This document shows, piece after piece, positions 50,706 to 63,647 of a stretch of 64,000 bases of DNA (positions are counted from its first letter, which is position 1; every line of letters starts with the position of its first letter). A program made the translations under genes and the position numbers. Under the pieces are notes generated by a model. That model worked only from the letters and a program-made list of their open reading frames with translations. It did not search any database and was not told where the DNA came from. Origin of the DNA: Octopus vulgaris (Eukaryota); the NCBI GenBank assembly GCA_951406725.2, contig OX597814.1:73408001-73472000 (forward strand). The letters are read 5' to 3'.

Positions 50706-51160
50706 TATATATATATATATATATGTATGTGTGTATGTGTGTGTGTGTATATACATATATGTATGTATATGTATATATTATATTATCAAATAGAAGTGAG
50801 TATATATACATATGTATATATGTGTGTGTGCATGTGTGTGTGTGTGTTTATAATTCAGAAATTCATCCAAAATTTGAAAGGCAGTAACGAAACCTTATTT
50901 TGTACAAAATTGTATAATACTTTTACTCTTATGATTCTAAAATATTCTTTCGTCTTTTAAAACAAATCTTCTGTGTTTTTTCATCTTATTTTTTTCCGTG
51001 GGTCTATGTGTGTGTGTGTGTGCGAGTGCGTGCGTGTGTGTGTATGACTATGCCTATATATATGGCGATATATACATGCATATATGTATGTAGATATTTA
51101 TGTACATATATATATATATATATATCTGTAAAATAATATGTGACATTTATTCGGTTGCCA

Positions 51161-51223
51161 TAATAAAACTCCGAGTTTCGGATGTCGGAGCAGAAATGTG
51201 CTCCGGCATCTCGTCAGTTAATA
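51161..51223 (-). ncRNA. Type I hammerhead ribozyme candidate downstream of a PLE endonuclease remnant
   Basis: UAUUAA-CUGACGA-GAUGCCGGAGCA(CAUUUC)UGCUCCGACAUC-C-GAA-ACUC(G)GAGU-U-UUAUUA. Confidence 0.7.
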
Positions 51224-51498
51224 AGACAAAACAAAAATGCTATGAAAATGACCGTTAAACAAAGGTAAATTACTATGAAGTTGACCGCTATTAAGATAAA
51301 CAGAAGAGCCATTAGAATGACCGTTATGTAAAGGGAAATAAACCGGAAAGGGGAGAAAGTAAAAACTGTTCATCGGATTCGCGTTTGCGTGCATGCACGT
51401 ACATACACATGCGTACACGCACACCTACATACATGTGCATATATAGATATGCTCACTCACACTCGCATGAGACACAAACATGCACACCCACCCACCCA

Positions 51499-51815
51499 CA
51501 CACACCTATATGTATACATATATATGCAACCATACACATGTACACGTAAACATATCCGCACACGCATACACACACACACACGTATATAAACCCATACGCG
51601 CACAGTTATATTCATATATACGTCTAAAAATACGCATATGCTGTATATGCATATGTTCATTCACGCTCGCGTGAAATACATACATGCACAGCCGCTCACA
51701 CACCTATATGTATACATATATATGCAACCATACACATGCACATATATACGCACCCGCGCACACACACACGTATATATACCCATACACGCACAAATATGTT
51801 CATATATACGTCTAT
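51499..51815 (+). repeat. Diverged tandem duplication of cryptic CA/TA-rich unit
   Basis: CACACCTATATGTATACATATATATGCAACCATACACATG occurs at ~51501 and ~51698. Confidence 0.75.
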
Positions 51816-51921
51816 ATACGTACAAAGAGGGTGGAAGGTAATATATAGAAAAAATAGGTAAAAATATATAAAGTAATAAAAATATATAAAATATATATGT
51901 ATGTATATATATATATATATG

Positions 51922-51979
<58 letters not shown>

Positions 51980-52084
51980 TGTAAAAATTATATACAAAAT
52001 ATTGAGAGATAAAATGCTTATAGGTGGACACAATATAAAAAGCAGGTCTATCTGTGTTCTTGGGAGGACAAAACACTTAACATG

Positions 52085-52330
52085 ATCCAAAAAGTTCAGT
52101 TCTTGAATTTAGACATGTTGCGAGGTCTAAGCTGCATTTTCAGATGAGCCATCATTCCATATGACAAAGACCGCACTTTCCACTACCGTTGGTGTAAAGC
52201 TTGCACTTGGCTAAGATCTTCCAATGGATGTTGTAATTGACACCTTTTTCTTTTAAGGACCATATGTAACTGGATAATTTGGTTGGGAATTTTAAAGCCA
52301 TGTTCCAATAACACACCTTGAGCTTCAGGT
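52085..52330 (-). mobile_element. Penelope-like GIY-YIG C-terminal remnant
   Basis: TKLSSYIWSLKEKGVNYNIHWKILAKCKLYTNGSGKCGLCHME, homologous to the ORFs at 25690-26013 and 61408-61908. Confidence 0.85.
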
Positions 52331-53242
52331 ACTGGGAAAAAAAGAAAAACAACTAGCAACTCACAACAATTTCTTAATAACTACTACGAGGCTTTCATTA
52401 CGTGTAAACACAAATTCTTCCGCACTTTTAATTTCTTTCCTAAATCTAAATGTAAGTTCACCACCCCCACGTATTGCACCCACATACAAACCCCTATGAT
52501 CATTAACACATACCCCTCTATATTTCTTGTATCTCCCCTATATCTCTATATCTCTAATTTCTACCTTATATCTTACATCTATTCTCTCTACCTTACCTCA
52601 TCACTTTATAAGATAATATTAATTCTTTAATCTATCCTTAATTTATTTTTAAATATTAACCAAATATATCCCCTAATATAAATTCCCTAACATCTAACTC
52701 TAACTTCCACTCATAAATAATTTAACATTCAATTAGCTCCTCGATTCTCGACTACTTACACACTCGTAACCCCATTTCTAAAAATAACTTTATAGCCACT
52801 GACCTTATCTAGAAAGGACATAAGTATTTACTACTAGATTTCCTCACCAATACCTATAGACTTTAAGACTACCACAGACACCTACTACTGTCTTTAAAAT
52901 CCTTTCATTTTGCTCTATTTTTACCTTGTATTCCTCTACCTGCTAATCCTCTCTCTTATCTTCTCGGCTACCCCATATACAAATATAAGACACCATATAC
53001 CAATACACCTTTATCCTAAAGTCAATCCTTAAATTCCCCCACCTCACTCTATCTACCTCTCTTTGTATTTCTTTTCTTTTCTTTCCTTTTACCACTTAAC
53101 AGACACCTCCGCTACCATTTTGTTATTGAATGTTGATATGTTCGCGTCTTTTTTTATGTTTACTATATCAGGATTTTAACCCACATAGATAATATTGTAT
53201 ACGACTTTTGCTTGCCTAAATGTTTGTTGTCCTCTAAAACAA

Positions 53243-53273
<31 letters not shown>

Positions 53274-53427
53274 CATACATACATACATACATACATACAT
53301 ACATACATACATACATACATACATACACATATATATAATCTTATAATAACTTTATCTTTAACCTCTTAGCTGTATTGAATGCTGTTCTTGTTGAAGCCTT
53401 ACTGCATAGTACACACACACACACACA

Positions 53428-53459
<32 letters not shown>

Positions 53460-53483
53460 TACGAACACACTTATATATATAAC

Positions 53484-53608
53484 CAAAATAAGCAACAAGG
53501 ATATCCTTGTTGCTTATTTTGATTTTAATCACCTTACTTTGAAATTGTATGGATAATACCGTACTAAATTCTGGTGCCTCAACTTAAGTACCATATTCAT
53601 CTGAATTT
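53484..53608 (+). mobile_element. ~125-bp palindrome+tail element (copy of 43118-43247)
   Basis: Perfect 38-bp palindrome 53484-53521, CAAAATAAGCAACAAGGAT|ATCCTTGTTGCTTATTTTG. Confidence 0.88.
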
Positions 53609-53655
53609 ATGTATGTATGTATGTATGTATGTATGTATGTATGTATGTATGTATG

Positions 53656-53701
<46 letters not shown>

Positions 53702-53835
53702 TTATAAATATTATTGCAGTACAATAGTATCATTTTCCAGCTAAATAAAGAACCTTAAAGATAGAATTATCCATTCTAGTTTGTCCACCTATCCGGTTTT
53801 CTTCCTAGAGGTTGGATGAAAATCTTTTTATTGAA

Positions 53836-53894
<59 letters not shown>

Positions 53895-53897
<3 letters not shown>

Positions 53898-54330
53898 ATT
53901 ATCGATCGCACATATTCAATGTATGTGTTTTGTTTGTTCGCCGATATTTTGCCATTTTTGTGGCTTAGCAATTCATTTTTGAATTTAATCTTACATATCA
54001 TCGATGTTGCATATCAGCATATAGTTCTTACGCCATTTATATATAATCATAGACTGGCGATTCGATTCGCGCTGGTACGCTTCAAGTATGCGATGTTGAT
54101 AAGCCACAAATATGGCAAAATATCCTTATCCATCTCTCTTGAAATCGATCCGAGGTGAGGTATCTTGCCTATCTGTGACTTTCCTGTGTTTTAATATCCA
54201 TCGTTAACAGGAGTCGTCTGCAAGGGCTATCTCGCAGCGAATCCAGCGAACAGATAAAAGACATACATTGAGTATATGCAATCGATAATGCTTACACCAC
54301 TAGCGCTGGTTTTAATTCGTTGAAGTGAAT
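53895..54330. repeat. Diverged fold-back with asymmetric insert and short tail, TA-flanked
   Basis: 53897-53937 pairs with 54246-54290, and 53943-53980 pairs with 54081-54124. Confidence 0.75.
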
Positions 54331-54352
54331 ATATATATATTTATATTTATAT

Positions 54353-54750
54353 AGGCGCAGGCGAGGCTGTGTGGTAAGGAACTTTCTTCCCAACCACATG
54401 GTTCCGGGTTCAGTCATACTATGTGACACCTTGGGCAAGTGTCTTCTGCTGTAGCCTCGGGCCGAGCAAAGCTCGTGAGTGATTTGGTTGACGGAAACTG
54501 AAAGAAGCCCGTCTCATATATGTATGTATGTATGTATGTATGTATTTGTGTGTCTGTGTTTGTCTACCATCACCGCTTGGCAACCGATGTTGGTGTATTT
54601 ACGTCCCCGTAACATAGCAGTTCGGCAAAAGAGACCGATAGAATAAGTGCTATGCTTACAAGGACTAAGTACTGACGTCGATGTTTTCGACTAAAAGCGG
54701 TGGTCCAGCATTGCCACAGTCAAATGACTGAAATAAGAAAAATAATAGAA
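54353..54750 (+). mobile_element. OK-type SINE, full length
   Basis: GGCGCAGGCGAGGCTGTGTGGTAAG head, GGGTTCAGTC B-box-like motif, shared tail. Confidence 0.88.
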
Positions 54751-54766
54751 GGACACACACACACGC

Positions 54767-54852
<86 letters not shown>

Positions 54853-55111
54853 CTCATAGTGTATAAAATTGTTCACATATACTGTATTTCTTAAAGTCCA
54901 TCACATTTTCAAAAACTTTTCAAAAAAGTTAACTTCTCTACATTTGCTCTTCTTTTAACTTCTCTTAAGTTATGAAGTTGAAAATATTAAAATATTTTTA
55001 TTGCACCAATTTTCCAAATGATTACTTAATGGGATTTGTCTAACATAGGAGTATACTTTCTAATGCATTTGCTTGCGTTCTGATGATGAATTTCCGGCAT
55101 GTATGAATTGA

Positions 55112-55496
55112 CTAGCAGTATCGCCCGGCGTTGCTCGGGTTTGTAAGGGAAATAACTATATAAGCATTTTTAGAGAGTTATAGCCAAAAAATAGCAAAAA
55201 AATGGGAAAAAAATGATGGTAAATTTTTTTTGAAAGTTAAAAGGGTCGAGTTGCGTCCCCTAGACAGTCTGTGGTTTGTGTTTCTGATTCTTGACCCCAT
55301 GTCGAATTTATCGATTTTTTTCAGAACTGGGGGAACTTTTCAAAATTTTCGCTGCGTTAGTTTTGAATTATGACATTGGGCTATGTCTGTGTCATGTTTC
55401 ATCAGAATCGGTTGAAAGCCGTGGTCAGGGTGAGGGTACAACCTGACAGACACACAGACACACACACAGACAAACTGCCGTTTATATAGAGAGAGA
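55112..55496 (-). mobile_element. Non-autonomous Helitron
   Basis: Minus strand 5' TCTCTCTCTATATAAAC, 3' hairpin + CTAG, at an A|T site. 69 bp identical to 48780-48848. Confidence 0.82.
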
Positions 55497-55779
55497 TATA
55501 TATCATAACGGTTATCATTGCACGTAGATATTGTGTTGTTTTTTTGTCTTGAATAAGCCTTCTACCAGTAATTAAATTCTATTTATTCCCATTATAGGAT
55601 TTATATGCATTAGAATGTGTAACACGCAACAAAAGTTAGGGCTCAGCAATACGTCCTACACTCAACTCTTGTTTCCAATGCAGTCAGACGAGGAGCCTCA
55701 AACTACGGGGAAAGCGAAAACACTGATGAGGGGCTCGATGATGTTATATAATTTACCGTTGTTATCGAAACGCGTGTCT

Positions 55780-55853
<74 letters not shown>

Positions 55854-56599
55854 ATATACATATATAAATATGCACATACACATATACACTGAGAGAAAGA
55901 GAGAGAGAGAGAGAGAGAAAATAGTAAGTGGTATAGTGGCTAGCGATCTATCATGGCGAATGCTGGACAGAGGGGTCACACAGGAGGGCTAGGAAGAAAG
56001 GGAGATAATAAAGTAGTGGTGATCCCAAAACGAAGGTGCGCGTGTGTGTTTATGTGAGAGCGTATACGTGCGTGTGCGTGCGTGTGGAAGGGGGCTGGTG
56101 ACATTGACATGTGCGTGTGTGCATGTGTAGATGTGTGGATGTTGGTGTAGGTGCTGGGAAGTGGTCAGTGCTTGTGTATGCGTTGGGAAGTGGTCAGTGC
56201 TAGTGTGTGCGGGGTGGTGTGATGTGGTATGGTGTGGTATAGTGGTGTGTGGTGTGGTGGTGTGTGGTATGGTTGTGTGGTGTGATGGTGTCTGGTGTGG
56301 TGGTGTGTGGTGTGATGGTGCCTGGTGTGGTGGTGTGTAGTGTGGTAATGCGGTGTGGTAGTGTCTGGGGTGGTGCAGTGCTGTTGGGGTGTGGGGTAAG
56401 TGAGAGTGGGAGAAGCAAGGGTGGGTGTCTAAGGGATGGGATGTATAGGGATGGTGGTCTTGGAATGTGTAGGGGTGGGGTAACGAGGAAGGAGTGACGA
56501 TGAAGGGAGAGGGTGGAAGGGGGAAGATGGTAGGAGTGAAGAGAGGAAGTAGGTGCCAGAGCAAGAGGGGAGAGGTGGGAGGGAGGAAGTAAATGTGAG

Positions 56600-57270
56600 A
56601 GGATGAGAGAAAGGTGGAGGGTTAAATGTAAACCGGAGGAGTGTTGAGCCCATCTGGCGCAAAGAAGCGAAGAGTGAAGATTAATCCTTGCTCACAGCGA
56701 AGACGGGAGTCCAGAGGGCCCCTGTGCAAGGACAATCTGAACACAGACAGGTGTTGTAAAGAGTAACCGAGTTGGATGTCTCGGAGGTGTTCCACGAACC
56801 GGTCAGCCAAACCGCGTCCCGTTTGACCGATATATAGAGAAGGACAGAGAGAGCAGGAGATGCAGTAGATGACGTTGCTAGAAGTGCAGGTGAAGGAGTC
56901 AGTGATATGACAGGGTCGATGATGGTTTTCACTGCAGAGCCTGTGCAGAGGAATTGGGAATAGGAGATGAAGAGCTTGGTGTATTTAGGGTGGGAGGAGG
57001 AGAAGTTGAGGTATGAGCGTGAGTCTGTGTGTTTGTAGTGGATGGAAGTGGTGAGAGTAGAGTGATGAATGCTGACCGAAATGTCGAGAAAGGTGACTGA
57101 GGTGTCGGAAATAGTGCAGATGTGGAGGGCAGGATGGAAAGATTTGACAAAAGAGAGGAAAGAGTCTAGATGTTCGCGGGAGAGTGAGGTCGCACCGATA
57201 CAGTCGTCAATACAACGACCGTATAGTTCAGGAGTGGGACCAGTGAAACTTGAGAATATTTTGGCCTACA
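56600..57270 (-). mobile_element. Penelope-like (Neptune-like) RT/GIY-YIG fragment with internal deletion
   Basis: YGRCIDDCIG...VTFLDISV...TSIHYKHTDSRSYLNFSSSHP (RT), then FTCTSSNVIYCISCSLCPSLYIGQTGRGLADRFVEHLRDI (GIY-YIG). Confidence 0.88.
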
Positions 57271-57639
57271 CACGTGTATAGTCATATGTGAAAATTTCTA
57301 CATACCTATATGGGAATATAAATCCGCATCAGTTAAAATGTAACCCGCAATAACAAGAAATGTACAAAACTTGGCTATTTCATTATGAAATGAAATCGCA
57401 GTCAGGAAAAAGCTTCTTTTCGAAATATATATTGACTGCTTCTAACTCTTGTTGGAACAGCCATATAACGTCATTCAGAAATATCTTCGGGCACTTTCAA
57501 ATCACTTGTTTTTTACATTTCAAAATAACATTGGTTTATTTTTTGTATGACAAGTCTTATTTTCGAAGTTGTTAGTGTACACACCCACATCCACACATAC
57601 ACGCACAAACACACACACACCCTATACAAACCTGACCGA

Positions 57640-58160
57640 CCACTATATTTTCCGAGGCATGAAACTAATTGTAGCTTGCATTTTAAACTCTGTTGATTCG
57701 GCGAAACAGTTCAGCTAACGGGAGAGACTAAAAGAATTAAAGCTCTACTCCCGGAGGGAAGGCATGTAGAGCTATACATATGGTAGATCCTGGAAGGTCT
57801 AGTTCCCAACTTTGGAATTATACTAACCACCGAACTGGACGGCACTGTAATAATACCAATTTCCTGTCTCCTCCATCTCGAATAATGACCCCAAACTGCA
57901 ATAGCTTGGGTTTCAGCTGTTTAACATCTCGCCAAACGACCTCAGAGATTTGCGAGGTGTAGATGTGGAGACCTTCAACAAATATTTGGACAAATTGCAG
58001 ATGAACCTACATCACGGTAGGAAGCACAAAGAAAAGAGGCTCTGTCTAACTCGTTTCATCATAAAAAATCAGTACAGAAAGGAGACCCAAACACACTGAA
58101 AGGCGGCTCTCCAGCATGGCCTCAGCCTTTGGCTGAATCCCCCTCCAAAATAAAAGAAAA
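57640..58160 (+). mobile_element. CR1-like LINE 3' fragment with SINE-like tail
   Basis: ERLKELKLYS..., IW*ILEGLVPNFG, FQLFNISPNDLRDLRGVDVETFNKYLDKL..DEPT; ends GGCGGCTCTCCAGCATGGCC...AAAATAAAAGAAAA. Confidence 0.8.
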
Positions 58161-58171
58161 ATGAATATACC

Positions 58172-58204
<33 letters not shown>

Positions 58205-58499
58205 ATATATATATTTATTATATAGAAGGAGCTTCTACAGGACTAGAACTGTTTCATTCAAGAGAAATCTTCAGGAAGCTAGTTAACAAGAATTGTATTG
58301 GCATTTATACATTTAGGCAGGTTTAAAGGGGTGGTGGTGGGGGACTTTTTGGGGGTAGGCATAGCGCAAAATATCATACTTGGGGGAGTGGTCAAGGAGT
58401 CAGTGTTAAATTAGATAAAAGAATAAATAAAAAAATAAAAAAATAAAAAAATATATATAAAAAAGGAATAGAGTTTTAGGTAAATAAGGAGATTCTCAC

Positions 58500-59296
58500 T
58501 TATACCTATGCACATATGTATACATATATACACACACATACAAACATATATACATATACATACACACACACATATACATATATATACACTTACACATACA
58601 TATACATATCTACACATACACATATATGTATACATACACACACTCACATGCATACACGTATACACACATGTATATATACACACACGACCACACATACATA
58701 TACACACAGAAAAATATATATACACATACACACACATACACACATACACGCATACACACACATATCCACACACACACATGCACACACAGCACACTAGTCC
58801 CTATATACACATATATACACATACACACATATATATACACACACATACATATACATACATATATATACATATATATATATATATACATATGTGTACCTAT
58901 ACATACCTACACATACACACATATATATACATACAAATACAGACCCATTCCCTAATTTTAATTTTATTATCTTCATTTATTACTTTTGTTATCTTTGACC
59001 GCTGGTCACAAACATCTTGGCTATGACAGCCAGTCCATATATCTGTCTACTTGAAAACAAGCACTCATTCACTCACGCACACTCTTTAGCACGTACACTC
59101 ACTGATTCGTACACTCATACACATACACGCACGCACGCGTTATATTCATACATACATACATCTACATACATTCACGTATGTACACATACATACGCGTACC
59201 TACAGATTCATGTCTACACTCTTAGAAGGCTAGTCTATACATATACACCAATAAATATAAATACACACACATACATACATATACACCTACATACAA

Positions 59297-59375
<79 letters not shown>

Positions 59376-59578
59376 CATATATATATATATATACACACAT
59401 ACACATACATACATATACACACATACACATACATACGTATACATACATACATCCATACATCCATACATTTATACACATACACACACCCACACGTATACAT
59501 ATACATACATATATATACGCGCATGCATACACATACAAATACATACACATACGCATATACATATACATACATACACAT

Positions 59579-59625
<47 letters not shown>

Positions 59626-59975
59626 CACACACATACATATACAAATATACGCACACACATACATACATACTCATATACACGCACATACACATGCACATGC
59701 GTACCCATACACACACACACACACACGCGCATCCATATATACACATAAGTACACACATGCGTAAAAGTATACATATATCTATGCTTACATATACACACAC
59801 ACACACACGCGCCTCCTTATATTCATACTTACATGCATACTCAAAAAATAAGTAAATAATAAAATATATAAACGCGCAGTTATTCATACATGCATACTCA
59901 AAAAATAAATAATAAATATTAAGTATATGTACGTGCAGTTACCTATTATATAGACGGATACATACATATAAACTT

Positions 59976-60028
<53 letters not shown>

Positions 60029-60213
60029 TATACATGTGTGCAAACATACGTACATACTCATACACGCACAAACACTTACATATACATATATACACACACT
60101 TACACACATATATACATACACATATACATACATACATACATACATATATGCATACATACACATATTCACACATACACATATATACATATATACACATACA
60201 TATACATTTACAC

Positions 60214-60247
<34 letters not shown>

Positions 60248-60468
60248 ACACATATACACACATACGCATACACGCACATATATGCATATACATACACATA
60301 TATACCCACACGTACACATATACACATATATAATATATACATACATATGTATACACACATACACACACACATATATATATATATATATACATACATACAC
60401 ATACACATACCTATACATATATATACACACATATACACATGCACATACTTATATCTCTACATACCCGC

Positions 60469-60513
<45 letters not shown>

Positions 60514-60741
60514 TACATATACCCATATACATGTATATATACACACACATATATATACACATCTACAATTTGTATCTACACTCACATACATGCACATACA
60601 CATAACTCTACATACCTACATATACATCGACATACTCGCGTACACTCATATATATACACATATATACATATACACACACACATACATATACATATACATA
60701 TATATATACATATAAATAAATATATACATAAATACAGATAT

Positions 60742-60796
<55 letters not shown>

Positions 60797-61151
60797 TACA
60801 TATATATATATACATATATATATACATACATACACATATACATACATGTACATATATATATACATACACACATACACACATACATATATCAACAATTGAG
60901 GGTAAAGTTAATTAGTTATTAATCAATTTCACCAAGTATTCAGTATGTAAAAGGACCATTAGAAAATATTCTCTAAGTAGTGGAAGAGGCTAAAAAACTT
61001 TTTTGGCTGCTATTTCTAGAAAGTTCAGTATGTGGCAAAGTAATTTATTTTACTTTACTAAGCCCTAATTATATAATATTTTATACATGCATACACATAC
61101 ATACACACATACATATACACATACATATGCATACACACATATATACATATA

Positions 61152-61184
<33 letters not shown>

Positions 61185-61330
61185 GCACATACATATACAT
61201 ATATATATATATATATTTTTTACATACATACACACATACACACACATAAACATGCGTATATTCCTACTATACCCATACATTTCTATACATATATACGATA
61301 CACATATACAAGCGTGCACATACAATATGT
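58500..61330. repeat. ~2.8 kb of cryptic (CA/TA)n low-complexity sequence
   Basis: Directly visible alternating purine-pyrimidine tract with short unique interruptions; strongly C/A-biased on the plus strand. Confidence 0.92.
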
Positions 61331-61407
61331 GAAAGGTCTTAGGAGAAAAGGTAATCGGGGGTGCTAGGGGAACGGTGGGATTGGGGGGGTTTGTGGGTGG
61401 GGTGTCA

Positions 61408-62392
61408 TCAATCTGGTTGCCGGGTAGGTCTATAGTTCTTGTAGTTCGCATACTTCTTATGCATGCAATTTGGGGAGTGTTCTGAGATTTTGTTAAGGAG
61501 AGGGCCTTTGGCGAACAAGATCTCTAGGCTCTCCGATATGCAGAGGTCACAGCAGGTATGGCCTCCTGTGTACGAACGCGCCTTCTGTAGTAGTTTCCAC
61601 TTGGTCTTGAATGGGATGGAGTTCCTTTTAAGGTACCAGATGTGGGCGGCGAGGGTAGTTTGGTTGGATTTATCCTGTCGCCGGAACGAGTGTGTGTGTG
61701 CGTACCAACGGGTCTTAAAGCTGTTTGACGTCATTCCGATGTAGGATTTTCTTTTATCGTCAGGGCCTGATCTTACCTCGCATGTATATACTAGGTCCCT
61801 CTGTAGGCAGTTGTTGTTGAGGGGGCAGGTGGTTTTATCAGGGCAGTTGCAATTGCTATCGGACGTAGGATGGGCCTCGGAAAAAGTAGATATGTTAAGT
61901 TTTTTCACATTGTTGTTGGCTAGGTTCCTGGCTAGATTGGGCGTGGTAGAGTAGGAGAGTCTAATAGTGTTCTTATTTAGGATAGTGTAGTACTTATGTT
62001 GGGTGGGGAAGTGTTTCTGTAGGAGAGTGAAGAAGATTTTAGCTACAGGTGTAGCGACCTCACGGTTGAAGGGGGGGGGTTGTACCAGCTAATGTGTCTT
62101 CGTCTATTTTTCCTGGGTTGGCGTGGGGCTATACTAGTATAGGTAATCTTATCTTTAAAGCCACTGCGGGCCAGGGCCTCGTTGTAATAGGGGGCTGCGG
62201 CCTTAAAGATATCTTCCGTGGCGGACAGGCTAGAAATTCTAATTGAGACACTTTTTACTAGGTTATCTAATATATTTTTGGGGTGGTTGGAATTAATATC
62301 TATATATCTAAGGGATTCATTTGGTTTGTGGTACGGGTAATAGAGTGAGGTTTTTAAGTCGAGGGTGACGTCAAGGAAGTTAGCTTTTGTTA
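61408..62392 (-). mobile_element. 5'-truncated Penelope-like element: RT thumb + complete GIY-YIG endonuclease
   Basis: TKANFLDVTLDL..YPYHKPN..SNHP..WYNPP, one frameshift at the G9 run (62070-62078), then an open frame to CNCPDKTTCPL..LVYTCEV..YIGMTSNSFKTRWYAHTHSF..HIW..CDLCISE. Confidence 0.93.
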
Positions 62393-62423
62393 ATATATAT
62401 ATATCTATATATATATATATATA

Positions 62424-62676
62424 GGTCACAGATATGCGACGATTTCTGGACAATGGTCATCAGTAAAACTTATAGCAGTAATAAACGAGTGAAGAACGAA
62501 TTTATAGTGCATGAGTATATTTGTGAAAAAAAAAAAAAAAAGAAAAAAGAACATCCCGAAATGCAACAATATCTGCTTCAGCACACGGTTTCACATAAAG
62601 AATCTTGCAACACAAATTCATAAACATACACACACACGTATATATGTATATATATGTATATGTATATATATATCTA

Positions 62677-62755
<79 letters not shown>

Positions 62756-63040
62756 ATATATATATATATATATATCTATATATATATATATATATAGGTC
62801 ACAGATATGCGACGATTTCTGGACAATGGTCATCAGTAAAACCTATAGCAGTAATAAACGAGTGAAGAACGAATTTATAGTGCATGAGTATATTTGTGAA
62901 AAAAAAAAAAAAAGAAAAAAGAACATCCCGAAATGCAACAATATCTGCTTCAGCACACGGTTTCACATAAAGAATCTTGCAACACAAATTCATAAACATA
63001 CACACACACGTATATATGTATATATATGTATATGTATATA

Positions 63041-63045
<5 letters not shown>
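62424..63045 (+). repeat. Near-identical tandem duplication, period 373 bp
   Basis: Units start at 62424 and 62797; they differ by one substitution and A-run/microsatellite length. Confidence 0.95.
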
Positions 63046-63135
<90 letters not shown>

Positions 63136-63146
63136 ATATATATATA

Positions 63147-63223
<77 letters not shown>

Positions 63224-63234
63224 ATATATCTATA

Positions 63235-63330
<96 letters not shown>

Positions 63331-63487
63331 TTTGAGTAGTTGAATGAATTATCTTATTAAGGATAATTCGAATTAACCGATACCTGGGTAGCAAATTCAC
63401 ATCAGAAAAAACGGTTGAAGTTACGTGCCTAGGGCATAGATTACGTGCTTTCGTGTGGAAATTTGTATGTTTATCTTAAAAATATAG

Positions 63488-63647
63488 ATATATGAAAGAA
63501 TGGAGCTGAACGACAAATTAACAAATTTCCTTTATTTTCGACATATGTTTCGAAGGCTGCATATTCCTAATTGCGAAGGAATATGCAGCCTTCGAAACAT
63601 ATGTCGAAAATAAAGGAATTTTGTTAATTCGTCGTTCAGCTCCATTC

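Noticed and set aside
58411-61332. Many long ORFs (up to 243 aa) rich in Y/I/H/T or C/V/M
   Set aside because: They are translations of CA/TA microsatellite sequence that lacks stop codons; the same applies to similar ORFs throughout the window.
62432-62470. Minus-strand CTGATGA...GAAATCGTC, duplicated at ~62805-62843
   Set aside because: Neither stem I nor stem II pairs; at most a dead relic.
62511-63335. 274-aa ORF with an internal repeat
   Set aside because: It arises from the tandem duplication plus (TATC)n/(TA)n tracts and has no protein-like composition.
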